55,815 nucleotides of DNA from Trypethelium eluteriae (taxonomy: Eukaryota), in NCBI GenBank assembly GCA_051942245.1, contig JAVECL010000094.1:1-55815 (forward strand), written 5' to 3'. Numbering within the stretch: position 1 is the first letter of the stretch; the number at the start of each line of letters is the position of its first letter. The position numbers and the translations under genes were made by a program. Shown here one piece after another: positions 35,369 through 47,718 of this stretch. The notes beneath the pieces are model-generated. The model was not told where the DNA came from, made no database searches, and saw only the letters and a program-made list of their open reading frames with translations.

Positions 35369-37720
35369 ATGACCGGTGCATCAATGGGGTGAATGGGATC
35401 AATGGAATCAATTGGATCTACGGCTACTAGGGGACTGGACCTCAGTGGCAGCCAGTCACGGGGTGGCGTACCGGTGTTGCAACACGGTTGGAGGAGGAGC
35501 AACCAGGATCGTGAGCCATGGAAGCCATAGTGAAATCGTGAGATGCAACCATCAACGGGGAATCATTTCGAGTGAGCAGGCAATGTAACAGGGCATTCTC
35601 TACTCACGCCAATCACCAGTGCGACCGCTCGCGCCACGCTATCTGTGCTTATGCCGGTCGGCCCAGGCATACATACCGCCGCCTGCCAGAAACTGTCTGG
35701 TGGGCTGAATGGACACGAGGGGTTGCCGTGGATCCCTTCCCACGCGAGAGCCTCATTGGCCACCTCTGCCCATTCCGCTCCATTTCCCCACACCTGACTC
35801 CCGCTCTTCGAATCCTCAATTCGGGCCCTCCGCATTTTCTGCGTTGGCTCTGGTCGCCTGTTTGGCCGCTTTGTCATTGGCCTGCCCACCTCCCATCTTG
35901 CATCTGATACAGAGTACATACTGCGCGACGGGATCAAACGATAGTTGATTCTTCTGCATGCTGCGCCAGGTGCTACCTCCATCTCCATTTCGAGTCTGCC
36001 GCAGCGTTTCTAGGTTTCGGCTTACCGCAGAATTGCTTTGTTTTGAGAAACCACCTTGTGCGAATAAAAAAGCAAAATGTGGCTTGCGGCTGTCCTGCTT
36101 CTCCGTCCTCACAGGCCAACGGCCGCCAACGGTTGGCCAAGGACATTCGCGGGGCGCTTCCCACTTACGTAGCTCACCTTTCTGGTCCCACCGTGAATAT
36201 GCGAGAGCTACTTTTTCAGGCAACGATATGAGCATTGTATAGAATGAGAAAGTCTAGATGCCTCGACAACTGAGATGCTCCCGAGTCCCCGTGCAGACAA
36301 CTGTATCGATGATGATCATCTTTGCACCACAAGGTAATAAACTTAAGGCCCTGCATCTCATCCTTCTTTATGCAGGGCTTTCCATCCCTGGTCTCTCTCT
36401 CTCCCAACCTTCGTGCAATCTCCAATTAAATTGCAGCAGATTGCAAAGCTTGTCCTGGCCCGGCCGATTATCCGACGGTGCCGCTAACAATATGTCCACG
36501 AATTGCCACTGCCCGTATTTTGGAGCCACCTGACCCATGAGCAATTGGTGCCTGGGTCGTCCTAGATCCCACCACGAGCCCTGTTACAGTGCTAGACTTT
36601 TCGAGCACATTGTCGCCTAGTAGTCATACCATTAAAGGTGTGCGCATCCGACACAGTGGATCCCCGAGGTCCCACCATTCCAGGGACCAAGCACCGCAAG
36701 GATCTCAAGATTCGGCCACGACCACGTGTGAAACCCGGTCTGACCGTTGTCTACTATTATTGTCTATATGAGTAGGATAGCAAATGAAAGTGTGCAGGCT
36801 AGGCAAATTACACTTTTCAAAACTGATGTAGGTGCTTTTTTTCCGGGCCCAAGCGCCCTCGTACCTTCGTCTTTTATGAACGTATCCGGCTCTGGAAGTC
36901 TCTGCACGGTTTCCAATTACGGCTATCTCGGACGAGGCGGACGAGAGGATGCCTACTCCACTCAAGGTAGGGGAGCCCATATATTGGACACGTACTATCA
37001 TCTGTAGCAAGATTTTGCCGTACCTGCCTAGAGGACAGCGTTGCGCGAGCGGGTAAAGAGCTTTTCATTGGTACGTGAAACTCGCGGCATCAGCCATACC
37101 GTGTTACTCCAGCTCTTGCCGTCAGCCAGGTCGAAGTGACTCAATTCCGACCTCGTTTTGCCTTCACCATCATGAACTGACGTTCCAGAATCCAAACGTG
37201 AGACAATACAAAAACGGCGTGTTGGCAGACCTCTATACAGATGCAAACGTGTTATCGATATACTCAGCACGAGATGCGCTAGACAATAAGCTTACATGGC
37301 TGCTTATTTTATCCAAATGAACCTCAGCACCGGTTCACAAGGATTTGTCAAAATCCCGCATTTGGCGACCTCCGCAGTAGTGGAGGTGTTTGACAGCTTG
37401 CTAGCAGCTTTTCCATTTGCAAACGCCCTACACATCTTTCAGAACTTGCAGACAGGGCCTTCGAAATTTCGCTCCTTCTAGCTAGAGTAAGTTGAACTCC
37501 ATCTTGCTCAAGATTTGTGACTTCTTGCAAGATTTGGGATGATTGTTAATCGCTCTTAGTCGGTGATGCGGAAACTTTCCGCCAGTTTACTCATTTCTTG
37601 TCACTGAGGGACATGAATGGTGCGCAATCAGGCTGTGCTGGGCTCCTTCGATGTAGCTGATAATTAGCTTGCAGTTTCAAGTGCTCTGATGCTCTAGACG
37701 GACTCTTCCCTTTGTGTGGT

Positions 37721-38515
37721 ATGGCTTTTTCTACATCCCAACCTATAATTTCACGTCCTTTTCCTTCTGCAGTAATCTATGACCTCTCAGAGCCATATCA
37801 AACCACTATAACTTTGCCATCCGGATCCACTTGGTCGAGCGGACTTCATTGGCATGAGAGTCATGCTGAAACCCTTCTGGTAGTTCAAGGTGCGGTACAG
37901 GTTTTCCTTGAGGGCAGGACGCAAATTGTTCGAGCCCAAAAATCGTCTCCGGCATCAGGCCAAGGCGACAGAGTGACAGTACGCATACCTCGCTATGCGC
38001 TTCATGAATGGAAGCGTGTAGTTTTGACTCCTGGAATAGACGAGTCGGATAGTGTTGACGATGCTGATAGGGAAGACGCCATCGTCGTCGAACGCACTGA
38101 CCCCAGGGATATCGAAAAATCTATCTTTTTCTGGAATCTCAATGGAGCCATACTCTTAGCCGAATCGTCTCGTGCGCTTTACAAAGTGTCCGAGGAACGA
38201 CGTGCTTCTGTTGTCGTCTCAGCAGTATCATCAAAACTTCGCCTGGCTATCCTGGACATCTGGCTGAGCCTGAGTTTGATGATCATTTTCCGAGAACTTG
38301 ATAATTTTCCAGTATTGGTCAATGTGCACTTCCCGTTTCAGTGGAGTGGTATTGGCAAAAGGCTAAACTTGGTCATTACGCACATAACTCTCGAGCTCGC
38401 CAGAGTTGCTGGAGTGCTATGTGGGATCAGAAGCGTACGAAAAGAATTCACACCGCCACAACTCTGGGAAGCAGGATTTTCGAAGCACCAGGACACCAGC
38501 CAGAAAAATGAATGA
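37721..38515 (+). CDS. RmlC-like cupin-domain protein
   Basis: WSSGLHWHESHAETLLVVQG and IPRYALHEW (cupin His motifs). DIEKSIFFWNL and IFRELDNFP in a hydrophobic C-terminal part. Confidence 0.75.
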   Translation: MAFSTSQPIISRPFPSAVIYDLSEPYQTTITLPSGSTWSSGLHWHESHAETLLVVQGAVQVFLEGRTQIVRAQKSSPASGQGDRVTVRIPRYALHEWKRVVLTPGIDESDSVDDADREDAIVVERTDPRDIEKSIFFWNLNGAILLAESSRALYKVSEERRASVVVSAVSSKLRLAILDIWLSLSLMIIFRELDNFPVLVNVHFPFQWSGIGKRLNLVITHITLELARVAGVLCGIRSVRKEFTPPQLWEAGFSKHQDTSQKNE

Positions 38516-38521
38516 TCAGTC

Positions 38522-39362
38522 TCAAATGTGTCTTTCTGCAACGATCTTAACTGCTTTTCGGATCACCTCTACCACTTTTTCCGGTTGACTCAGCATAACC
38601 ATGTGACCTGCGTCGCATGTCTCAATATCAGCCTCCAGCTCTTGTGCCCACTTGCGTTGCAAAACCTCCGGCAGAATTTGATCATTTTCACAGATCAAAT
38701 AGGAGCTTGGGAGCTCTTCGAGATCAGAGTTGATCGGGGCACTGGCAAAGTCGATGGAGTTCGGTTGGCATTGTAAGCCGGCCATCCATCGTGCCGCGAC
38801 CTCCAAAGACATATCACTAAACAAGATTTCCTTTGGATTTTTACAAATAAAACGGCCGTCCTGGGGGCACTATCAGCATCCATAGCAGACACATTCAACA
38901 CAAAATAACGTCTTTGAATCCGTATGGGGGATTCTTAGATCAAATCATCCAGTAACTCACCTTGGCTTCGACGAATGGAATCTCATATGGAGTGCCTGGG
39001 GCCTGAACGAGCGCGGCGGCCACGTAGATGATTCTTGCGACGCCCCCGGTTTTCCCGCTAGCGTTGCGCTCCTTCTCCGTAAAGCCTTTTGCTGCCGACC
39101 TTCCCAGAAATCCGCCAGCTGAATGAAGAACGAGGATCACCCGATGTCCACGCTCAACTAAGAGCTCGAGATATGCCCTGATAATCTGAACATCATCCTT
39201 GAATCCCAAGTCGTTTGGAGCTTGCTGTCCCGTACTGATTAGAGAGACACTCGAGGTACGAAGATTGTCGGTCTCCTGCAATACTTGTGCAACGCTGGCA
39301 TAGACCGATGGTCCCTCCCAGAGCCCTGGCACGAACAAGATTGACAGAGGTAGCCCAGACAT
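38522..39362 (-). CDS. Alpha/beta hydrolase (Abhydrolase_6, methylesterase-like)
   Basis: LFVPGLW, nucleophile LHSAGG, YLICENDQIL, DAGHMVMLSQPE. Intron 38960-38861 is in frame. Confidence 0.88.
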
Positions 39363-41121
39363 GGCGCGTGCCCGAGGAGGTCTGCGATTGATGAGAGTAG
39401 CTTAGGCCTTTCTTGAATGCACTGGCAAAACTGGACAATGACCCGGTGGTGCAAGCCTTTCGGGGCGTACCTCGCCAAATCATATATAGATTGGGATCTG
39501 CCTCAGGAACGCCACGGTATATCCTCTGTAACAAGTCCAGAGACTTTTCCTCGATTTGATATTTCCCAATCGTCCTGGACAACCAATCAGCATCAGCAAC
39601 GTTCGTTGAACGGACATTCGCCGGTAACTTTGAATAGTAATTGTTCCGAATCTTACGCTAAACCATAATAAACATCTAAAAAGAGTCTAAGGCTTACGAC
39701 CACTAGCATTTAGCGTTTGTTTGCATAAGTGCCTAGTCTTGCTTATAAACTACAACTTTCTGTATCATTTTGCTTCCTAGTTTCATAATTTGCATATCTT
39801 ACGCTGCAATTCTGTGTACATCACATTAGCTGATCTCTTTGTGAGTCGCAGGAAAAGATTAGGTCATTTCCACTGGTCGCGAGCCCATCGTCAAACTGCA
39901 GCTCTGACTATAATTGACTGCCGTATCGCCTGGCTATATGTGAAAATGTCTCCACAGCTTTAGGACTTTCGGTGAGAGTCGAGGACAAAACGTAGCCAAG
40001 GGATTGACCCACGGATCGAGGGAACTCCCCAGCGAAAACCATTAGAAAGATCGACTTCACTTACGATGGCCTGAAGAGCGATTCGAGAAAGGAGAACATG
40101 GGGGAATTCTGTCATCCTGAAGAATTTACTCGCTGAATTTCTTGGTAAAACCTTTCCCCATAGGTCTGTCACCCCTTGGCCTCAATTTGAACTATTCACA
40201 AAAAGGTTCGCAGAGGTGAGAAAGCTTAACTGTCTCATATCTTTCAGGAAAAAGCAAGTTCGTTCATGGTATCGCAATTTTGAGAACGCTAGAGCCAACA
40301 CAAAATGAAATTTTAGATGATAGGATTCAGGCGGAGATGAGTGAGCCTCAGCAAAGCGCGCTGCCGGCCGAGGGCCCTCTCAAACACGACAATAATGCTT
40401 CACCGACTACCGACATGGCATCTCCGCTATCTTCTCGGCCTCATACTTTTGGGTTGCATCAGAGAGAAAGTCAAAATCTCTAAAGACAAAATATGCAGCA
40501 ACAGGAAGATAAGAATAATGCAGAGCTTGTCACCCTCAGGGCCTCAGCCAGCGTCGGCTGCCAGGTTGGCACTGGGCGAGAGTCGATCGCAGCGGCCCGC
40601 ACCGCTTTTTGGCGTACGTGTTTTCAAACATGGAGGAGACCAACAAGCCTCCGAGCCGCGCAAGAATCGCTGTTGATTAGCTGGAACGTCTTTGTCATGG
40701 CCGCAAAGCACCGGAAGGATCGTTTCCGTGGGCCAGTATCCACGGAATGGTGATATGAATGCGATTGCTCCTCCGATCTCATTCGCGTCACCCATGACCT
40801 CCAACAAGGCCAGGTACTCCTACAAGACCGGCCGCATCTGACTCAAATTGCTCGTTGGTGGCGCTACAAGTTCAAGGTACAGCGAGAATGGCCTCCACAG
40901 CCTGTTGTAGGGCGGAATTCCGGCCACGGTATACTTAGGCATTCATGCATAATCAACAACTGTATACGTTATTTCTAGGTGAGAGTATGCCGTCTTCTTG
41001 AAACCCATATCACGTTCATGGCGCGCTTCTTGCAAAGAGGGCTGCCGACCTCTCTTTTCGGTAAGCTGTAGGTCTGTCAACTGGCTTCCACAACGTCGTT
41101 ACCGATTGGCTTCACTCGACT

Positions 41122-42534
41122 ATGGAGATCATCCCTCGTGATGCTGGAACGGGTGAAAACTTGGATGTAAATCTCATCACGAGTGTGTCCATTGTCGGAG
41201 CTGCAGCAGTCATTGCAGTAGTCCTTCGTGTTATCTCGCGCCGAACGAAAGATGTGAGACTGGGCGCAGATGACTACACGATATTGGCAGCTCTCGTGAG
41301 AAAGATCTGAATGCTTGGGAAGTATTGGATATGACGACTAATCTTTGGTAGATACTTGCCCTATGTCTAGTCGGAAACACATTTGTCTCCATGCACTATG
41401 GACTTGGCAAGCACATTGCTACGCTTGCCCCTGAGAATTTTGTTCCCTTCATGCAAGTAAGTCACTCAAAATCTCCTTGAGGGCCTCCTCGGTCATTTGG
41501 AAGAGAAGCGTCTACTATGTAGTTAATTGATGCCTCAAATCAATGGAATACTAACGACTCTTAGACTCAGTGGGCCTCCCAGTTGCTCTGGGCAACCAGC
41601 GTACCGATCGTAAAAACTTCTATTCTACTTCTGTACCTACGCACGTTTGGTAGCATTCGCTATATACGGATTGCAGCTTGGGTCTTAATCGCCTTCTGTA
41701 TCATGTGGGGAATAGCAACCGTCGTTACCACAGTGCTTCAATGCCGACCTATATCTCTCATCTGGTACCCAAACATCTCCGGTGCATGCATCAATGAGCG
41801 CCTATTCTTCCAAATTGTCACCGGCATCAACGTGGTGACAGATGTGGTTGTGTTGGCCCTTCCGCTACATGCTACGTGGCGATTGAGTCTATCAGTACAG
41901 CAAAAATTCTCGATTACAGGAATAATTCTCTTGGGTGGTTTGTGAGTTACATTTTTGGTCTGCTTTTGGGAGAACAAGACTAACGAATGGCAAAGCACCT
42001 GCGGAGTCAGCATCGCAAGATGGGTGTGGATGTTCCGGGTTGCAACAGTAGATCCTACATGTGCGTTCATCTGCTTCAGTGTTTGACATCAGAAAACTGA
42101 CAGCGGGACAAGACGATCTATTCTTCCCCTACATATGGTCCTGCGTCGAACCCTGCGTTGGCATTGTTAGTGCCTGCCTTCCCACGATGCGACCTCTAGT
42201 CTCGAAAAGCATCAAAGGCTTCCGACGAAATACAAAAGCGTACAGCCTCAGACCCGACGCTCACTCATCTCACGCCAAAAATGCATGCTACATTAAGGAG
42301 CTCGCGCTTCCCACGGATGATCCGGAGAAATATCAGCGGCTGGTCAACATACCATCCCCGCGCTCACTAGCAGATTTGGATGCGGCTCGTATGCAAACAA
42401 AGTCCGAAGCTGAAATGCCCTGGGCTCCTGAACATATATCGCCGGTCTTTGCCCGAGCGGAGTTATCGGCTAGTCGAGAAATACCACGGAGTTATGATGT
42501 GAATGTAGCTGCGAGGTTACAAAATTTAATTTAA
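41122..42534 (+). CDS. PTH11-like (rhodopsin-like, non-CFEM) integral membrane protein
   Basis: LRVISRR...LGADDY, YGLGKH, KTSILLLYLRTF, LQCRPI, TDVVVLALP, WSCVEPCVGIVSACLPTMRP. Introns at about 41296-41351, 41457-41563, 41942-41995 and 42061-42112. Confidence 0.88.
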
Positions 42535-42953
42535 GCTATCAGAATTCCAAGGTTAACAGAACTTGGTCTAATCTTATTCCTCGCCTACTATGATGAACGC
42601 TATAGGACTCCTTGGGAAGAGGCTCATACAACACTTCTGATTGGGCAGAACTACAGAAAGCCCTATTGGCTTGAGAGTGGTCTGCCTTGCACAGGACTAC
42701 GATGGGACTTGCTGATACACATAACGTCAGAGAACGTCGCTGAAGACTCTCCACCCCATTCCAGTCTCCAGGTTGAAAAGTCTAAAGCGTAAACTTTTTG
42801 CGGCTTATCTACCTCAAAGAATGATATAGCCGAGGTTCCCTGTGGCAGAATTCCCAATATCCGATGCCTGCTTCTGCATACAATGCTCGACTACTCTATA
42901 AGTACTACTAGTCTCTGAAAGACCAAGGGTATACGCTCAGCATATACTTTTAG

Positions 42954-44444
42954 ATGCTTAGCCACAAAGACTGTACTGAAAGTATGTCTAGAACGCTGAT
43001 GTACAACGTTCCGTCCAGCCGAGAAGACTTTACCGCCCTGGATAGTGCAAAATATATTTGGAAAGAGCTAGGACTTCCAGTGGAAGCACTCGTATCTCTG
43101 TCTTTACCTGGTGAAGGGCTCACCTTACCATCGTCCTTCAAGATTGGTGATCTAGCACAAAGTACCGTCGCTTTGTCGGCGCTAGCAGCAGCACTCATCT
43201 ACGCACTGAAAACAGAGTCAGCTGTACCTAGAGTTACTGTTCCCCGGCAACATGCAGCAGTAGAGTTCAACTCAGAGAAACTGTACACGATTGACGGCAA
43301 ATCTCACCACAAGCTCTGGGGTCCCGTCGGAGGCCTCCATAAAACGTCGGACGGATATGTCCGGATGCATGATTCATTTCCTCACCATCGAAATGGAGCT
43401 CTCGCACTCTTGGGTCTACCAGCTACTGCGACGAGGGCTGATGCTGCAGAGAAGATGCTGCAATGGAAGGCACAGGAGCTGGAAGACACGGCTATTAACA
43501 GCGGCCTCGTGATGACAATGCTCAGATCATATGAGCAGTGGGACGCACATCCTCAGAGCAAAGCAATCTCCGACATCCCCATATCTATCAAACGGATCGC
43601 TGCTGGGCCGAAAGGCCTCCGTCCCAGACTCTCCGGGGAAAGCCCCAAATGCCTCAACGGACTGCGGGTCCTTGAGCTCAGCAGAGTGATAGCCGCGCCG
43701 GTTGCAGGCAAAACTCTCGCCGCTCATGGCGCAGACGTCCTGTGGGTCACATCCCCAGACCTACCTGACCTTCCCGCACTGGACAGAGATCTGTCAAGGG
43801 GAAAGCGCACCATCCAGCTCAATCTCAATGACGCAAAGGACAAGCTCAAGCTTCTCGAGCTCGCGAGTACAGCAGATGTCTTCATCCAGGGCTACCGTCC
43901 CACCAGTCTCGCTACACGAGGCATCTCCGCCGCAGACCTCGCAGCCCTGAATTCACGCATTATCTACGCCAATCTGTCTGCATACGGGCCCTCAGGGCCC
44001 TGGTCGAATCGACGCGGATTCGACTCGTTGGTGCAAACGTGTGGTGGTATGAATGTTTCTGAGGCGCAACATTACGGCAGGGGAGAGCCGGCGCGTCCTA
44101 TGCCGTGCCAGGCTTTAGATCACGGAGCAGGGTATCTTCTAGCCACGGGCATTCTCGCAGCTCTGTATCGGCAGGTGACATTAGGCGGCTGCTATGAGGT
44201 GGACGTGTCGTTAGCGGGCGTGATGAAGTATCTGCGGTCGCTGGGGCAGTATCCTGGGAGGTCCGGTTTTGAGTGTGCGGATCTGGAGAGTGCTGTAGAC
44301 GTCAGTGATTACCTCGAGACGAAGCCGTGTGAATTTGGGGCCTTGACGGCAGTAAAGCATTCGGCTTCGGTGGAGGGCTGCATGCCCGGTTGGGATGTGA
44401 TGCCCAAGTCTCTGGGGAGCGACAAAGCGGAATGGTTGGATTGA
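42954..44444 (+). CDS. CoA-transferase family III (CaiB/BaiF)
   Basis: GLRVLELSRVIAAPVAGKTLAAHGADVL, DLSRGKR, ADVFIQGYRP, SAYGPSGPWSNRRGFDSLVQ, QALDHGAGYL. Start uncertain (42954, 42984 or 42999). Confidence 0.9.
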   Translation: MLSHKDCTESMSRTLMYNVPSSREDFTALDSAKYIWKELGLPVEALVSLSLPGEGLTLPSSFKIGDLAQSTVALSALAAALIYALKTESAVPRVTVPRQHAAVEFNSEKLYTIDGKSHHKLWGPVGGLHKTSDGYVRMHDSFPHHRNGALALLGLPATATRADAAEKMLQWKAQELEDTAINSGLVMTMLRSYEQWDAHPQSKAISDIPISIKRIAAGPKGLRPRLSGESPKCLNGLRVLELSRVIAAPVAGKTLAAHGADVLWVTSPDLPDLPALDRDLSRGKRTIQLNLNDAKDKLKLLELASTADVFIQGYRPTSLATRGISAADLAALNSRIIYANLSAYGPSGPWSNRRGFDSLVQTCGGMNVSEAQHYGRGEPARPMPCQALDHGAGYLLATGILAALYRQVTLGGCYEVDVSLAGVMKYLRSLGQYPGRSGFECADLESAVDVSDYLETKPCEFGALTAVKHSASVEGCMPGWDVMPKSLGSDKAEWLD

Positions 44445-44728
44445 GAAGGACCTCAAGATGCGGACCGGAAGATGTGCGGCAGAAGTGCGGGGATGTGGGG
44501 GGATCTTCTACAATGGCACGAATGGGAACCGCGGTAAATCACTAATTACCTAGGTAGGCAGGTACGCTCAGAGTAATCCACAAGCTTGATACTGTCATTC
44601 AGGTACACACCTATACCTACTAATGATGATGACTGATTTTTGCTTCTCTTGACTTGATTTAGTTTGCCTCTAATTATTGCATCCCACCCTATTGCTTAAA
44701 CTCATCGATTTCCTAACCATCCTTCACC

Positions 44729-45608
44729 ATGCCACTAGCAACCTTCCACCTCCTTCGTCTCTCACCCTCCACGTCCCCAACCTCTTTCCTCTCTTCTCTC
44801 CGCACCTCCCCTAATGCCCCCAGCATAATCATAGCCTCACGACCTCGCTTCCTCGTCATCCGTCCTACACATCTCGACACCGCCCCACTAGCCTCTCAGC
44901 CCTGGGACCTCCTGCTCCTGCTTCTCCCTTCATCTCCCGCCTCCTCCTCTTCACCCACCTCCAGCATCCCAGCCTCCCTCCACCCCCTCATCACCGCCAC
45001 CTACAACCTCACCATCGGCATCCCCTCGCGCCTCCTCGCCTCCTACCCATCCCGCAACGCCGAGCTCCTGCGCGCCGCCCCGACCGCACCCCTCACCGGC
45101 TCTCTCGACCACGCCCAAACTCAGTCGTCCTCGCAGAATCTCGAGCTCTCGCCCGACCTCGCGCGCTTGATGGCGGAGCTCGAGACTGTATACACGGGCC
45201 CCGTGACGCAGCTGAATCTGCTGCAGTTTCAGAAGGAAGGGGGCGGCAAGGAGAGCTATGCGGCGTATGGACGGGGGTTTGTCGAGGTCGCGGGCAGGAG
45301 GGGTGGAGACGCGAAGATTGTGGGGAATGTGGTGAGGCATGCTGGAGAGGAGAAGGAGGAGGGTTGGGACGAGATTTCGTTGGTGCATTACGCGAGTATT
45401 CGGCATTTTTGCGATATGCTAGCGGGGCCGGATTATCAAGAGATCAATGCGAAGTATAGGCTTGGGGTAAGTCGTCTTTAGAAGGAGATGTGTGGAGGAT
45501 GTGGAGATCGTGAGGCTAATAAGTTTACAGGCCTTGAAGGACACGGTCCTGATGTGTACAACGGAGTTGGATCTGCAGGACTCGGTTACAGGAGCACCAA
45601 AGTTGTAG
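44729..45608 (+). CDS. Conserved fungal protein with DUF1330-like dimeric alpha+beta barrel; PTS1-like C-terminus (PKL)
   Basis: GPVTQLNLLQF...Y..YG..F...RRGGDAKIVG...WDEISLVHY.S..HF.DML...DYQ. Intron 45467-45530. Last exon ALKDTVLMCTTELD...GAPKL*. Confidence 0.7.
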
Positions 45609-45666
45609 AAAGGGTTTGATTCGATGTAAATGGATGTAAATGTAGTATATTCGCATATAATCAGTC

Positions 45667-46834
45667 CTAGTCGGGGTTGAAGAAAAGGTCCTCGAATTCC
45701 GTGTCCAGAGTTCCGTTGTTGCCATCACCTTGACCGGCGGCCTGACCCATCTCAAAGTCTGTGTAAGAGAACAAGTCATCAAATGTCGAGTCTCCCCCAG
45801 CATTTGCGCCATCCTGGGTAGCGTCGCCCTGTGCATTTGTCCCTCCTGCTGGTGCAAAATCCGACATGGTCAAGTCGGCAGTTCCTGCTGTGTCACCGAG
45901 GCTATTCGCATAGCTTTCCAATCCCGGTAGGAGCGAATCCATGCTTGTTTGCCCAGTGTCGTTTGTCGGATTGTTACCGGTGTTATTGTCTACCAATCCC
46001 ATGTCAAAGTCGAAGTCGTCGTTCGCATTTGCATCAGCGTTAATATCATTGCCAGTACCTACCGAATCCGGGAACATAGAATCAAAGTCGAAGTCTTTGA
46101 GACCAGCGCTGGTAGGAGTAGGTTCCGGGAAAGGATCCGTAGACGTCACCGGCGGCTTGGAAGTCTTGGATGTGTCTGCAGTTGCTTGAGGTTTCGGTTG
46201 TTGATTCGCTGAATCGGTAGGCTTCGCGGTAGGTACTATGAGTCCGGTGTTTTCCGAGCTCGGTGCTGTCCTTTTGGCCTGCGAATCTGGTGCTTCTTTC
46301 TCGACTTCTGCCGTCGATTCGCTTTTCACCGGTTGAGAGGGATGCTCCGAAGGCGTATCAATCTGTTTCTTGTCGTTCGCAGTGATGGCTGTCTGATTTC
46401 TTGGAGGAGCCGCTTCCTCCCGCTCTTTGTTTTGCCTTTCCATTTCAGCTGCCTTTTCTCTCTGCTTTCGCTCTTGCTGACGCGTGGCGAGGTCGTTCCG
46501 CAAGATACGTTGAGCTTTGACCTGTGCGGGCGTGAGAATAGTAGCATCGAGTAGGGATAGAGGGAAGACTTTACAATATCGGTCTCGAGCCGATCAAGGG
46601 CTTCATGATAATCATTCGCCCATGTCGGCAGGTCCTTCTTGATTCGATCGAGGGGACTGGAACCTTCGCGAGGTGTGGGATTCAATGATAGTCGGACTGC
46701 TTTACCAGACTCGATCAGCTAGAAGAAGTGAGCTTGGGCTGCTAAAGCAAAGTCATAAGAACAAGTGAGCGAAGTCGTACCACTCGATCGATGATCTGCT
46801 TTAGTGCATCCAGCGATGGATGAGTCTGAGCCAT
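45667..46834 (-). CDS. Helical N-terminus/acidic DF-rich C-terminus protein, possibly a Mediator tail subunit (Med2-like)
   Basis: Three exons (introns 46780-46719, 46574-46522) give MAQTHPSLDALKQIIDRVLIESGKA...YHEALDRLETDIVKAQRILRNDL, a charged coiled coil, then DFDFDSMF, SLLPGLESYAN, STFDDLF. The gene model is solid; the family assignment is tentative. Confidence 0.55.
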
Positions 46835-47155
46835 GCTGGCGGGAAGAGGGGGTTCGTCTGAGGGTGAAACTCAGCAGATGCGGTTCGCGGGATGAAGCTT
46901 CAGGTTGGGGAAGATGACAGCGCCGTCAGTGCGGGAGAACGGGAGCTGGAGCTGGTTGCCCCTGCTCGGAAGCAGCCGCGGGGCTAACTAAGGTACCTAG
47001 AGAAATTGGCGGAGGGTTAGCGGCCGTTTGGCTTGGCTTGGTGGTAAGGTAGGCAGCCTTGTGCGCGCTGGCGTGAGCGGATGTGGGCTGGTGTGCCGAA
47101 TGGGAGTGGCGAAGCGTAGAACCTTGCAGTACGTTATGTACCTTGGGAGGTGGAA

Positions 47156-47216
47156 GACTGGAGTGGGACTGGAGTGGGACTGGAGTGTGCTGCGCTGCAC
47201 AGCACAGCACAGCACA
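47156..47216 (+). repeat. Short tandem repeats (GACTGGAGTGG)~3 and (GCACA)4 in the divergent promoter
   Basis: gactggagtgggactggagtgggactggagt followed by gcacagcacagcacagcaca. Confidence 0.75.
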
Positions 47217-47718
47217 AACCACACTGACCCTGCGCTAACTGCTCCCCCGAAAGCTTTCCCCGACCTCTGCATCAGGAGCCTCTTCTTGTCCTTGTTATTT
47301 CCCTTCACCTCATCGCCAAAAGACTCTTCTCTCGCGGAGCTGTCGCCGTCTACGACCGACCCCGTCGCCTTCTCCCTTCTTCCCTTTTGTCTCTGTGTTT
47401 TCTTGCCTGCTTTTGGCCTTGTCTCCCTTGCGAGTCCTTGCTCTTCAAATTCTGCCCGCCCACTTCTTCACATCTTGCCGCCGCCCTCAATCCTTGCCAA
47501 CTCACCCCCTTCTCGATACATCTTGCATCCTCGACCCGAGCGGATTTTGCGAGTGCGCAATCTCGTTTCCCCTCTCTTCGAAGCCTCCCTCGTTCGTCGC
47601 GTTCCAGCATCACTCGCCCAAGGCTGTCAATTTTTCCCTTTTCAGAGGGGCGCTTTGCCTAGTCTTAGCGCTAGGATATCTATCACTTTTCACAGCATCT
47701 ATACACGCCTAATTCGCC

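Noticed and set aside
42583..42647. C/D-box snoRNA-like pair ATGATGA...CTGA with a weak terminal stem
   Set aside because: Only ~50 nt between the boxes, no recognisable C'/D' boxes or rRNA-complementary guide, and it lies in a probable 3' UTR.
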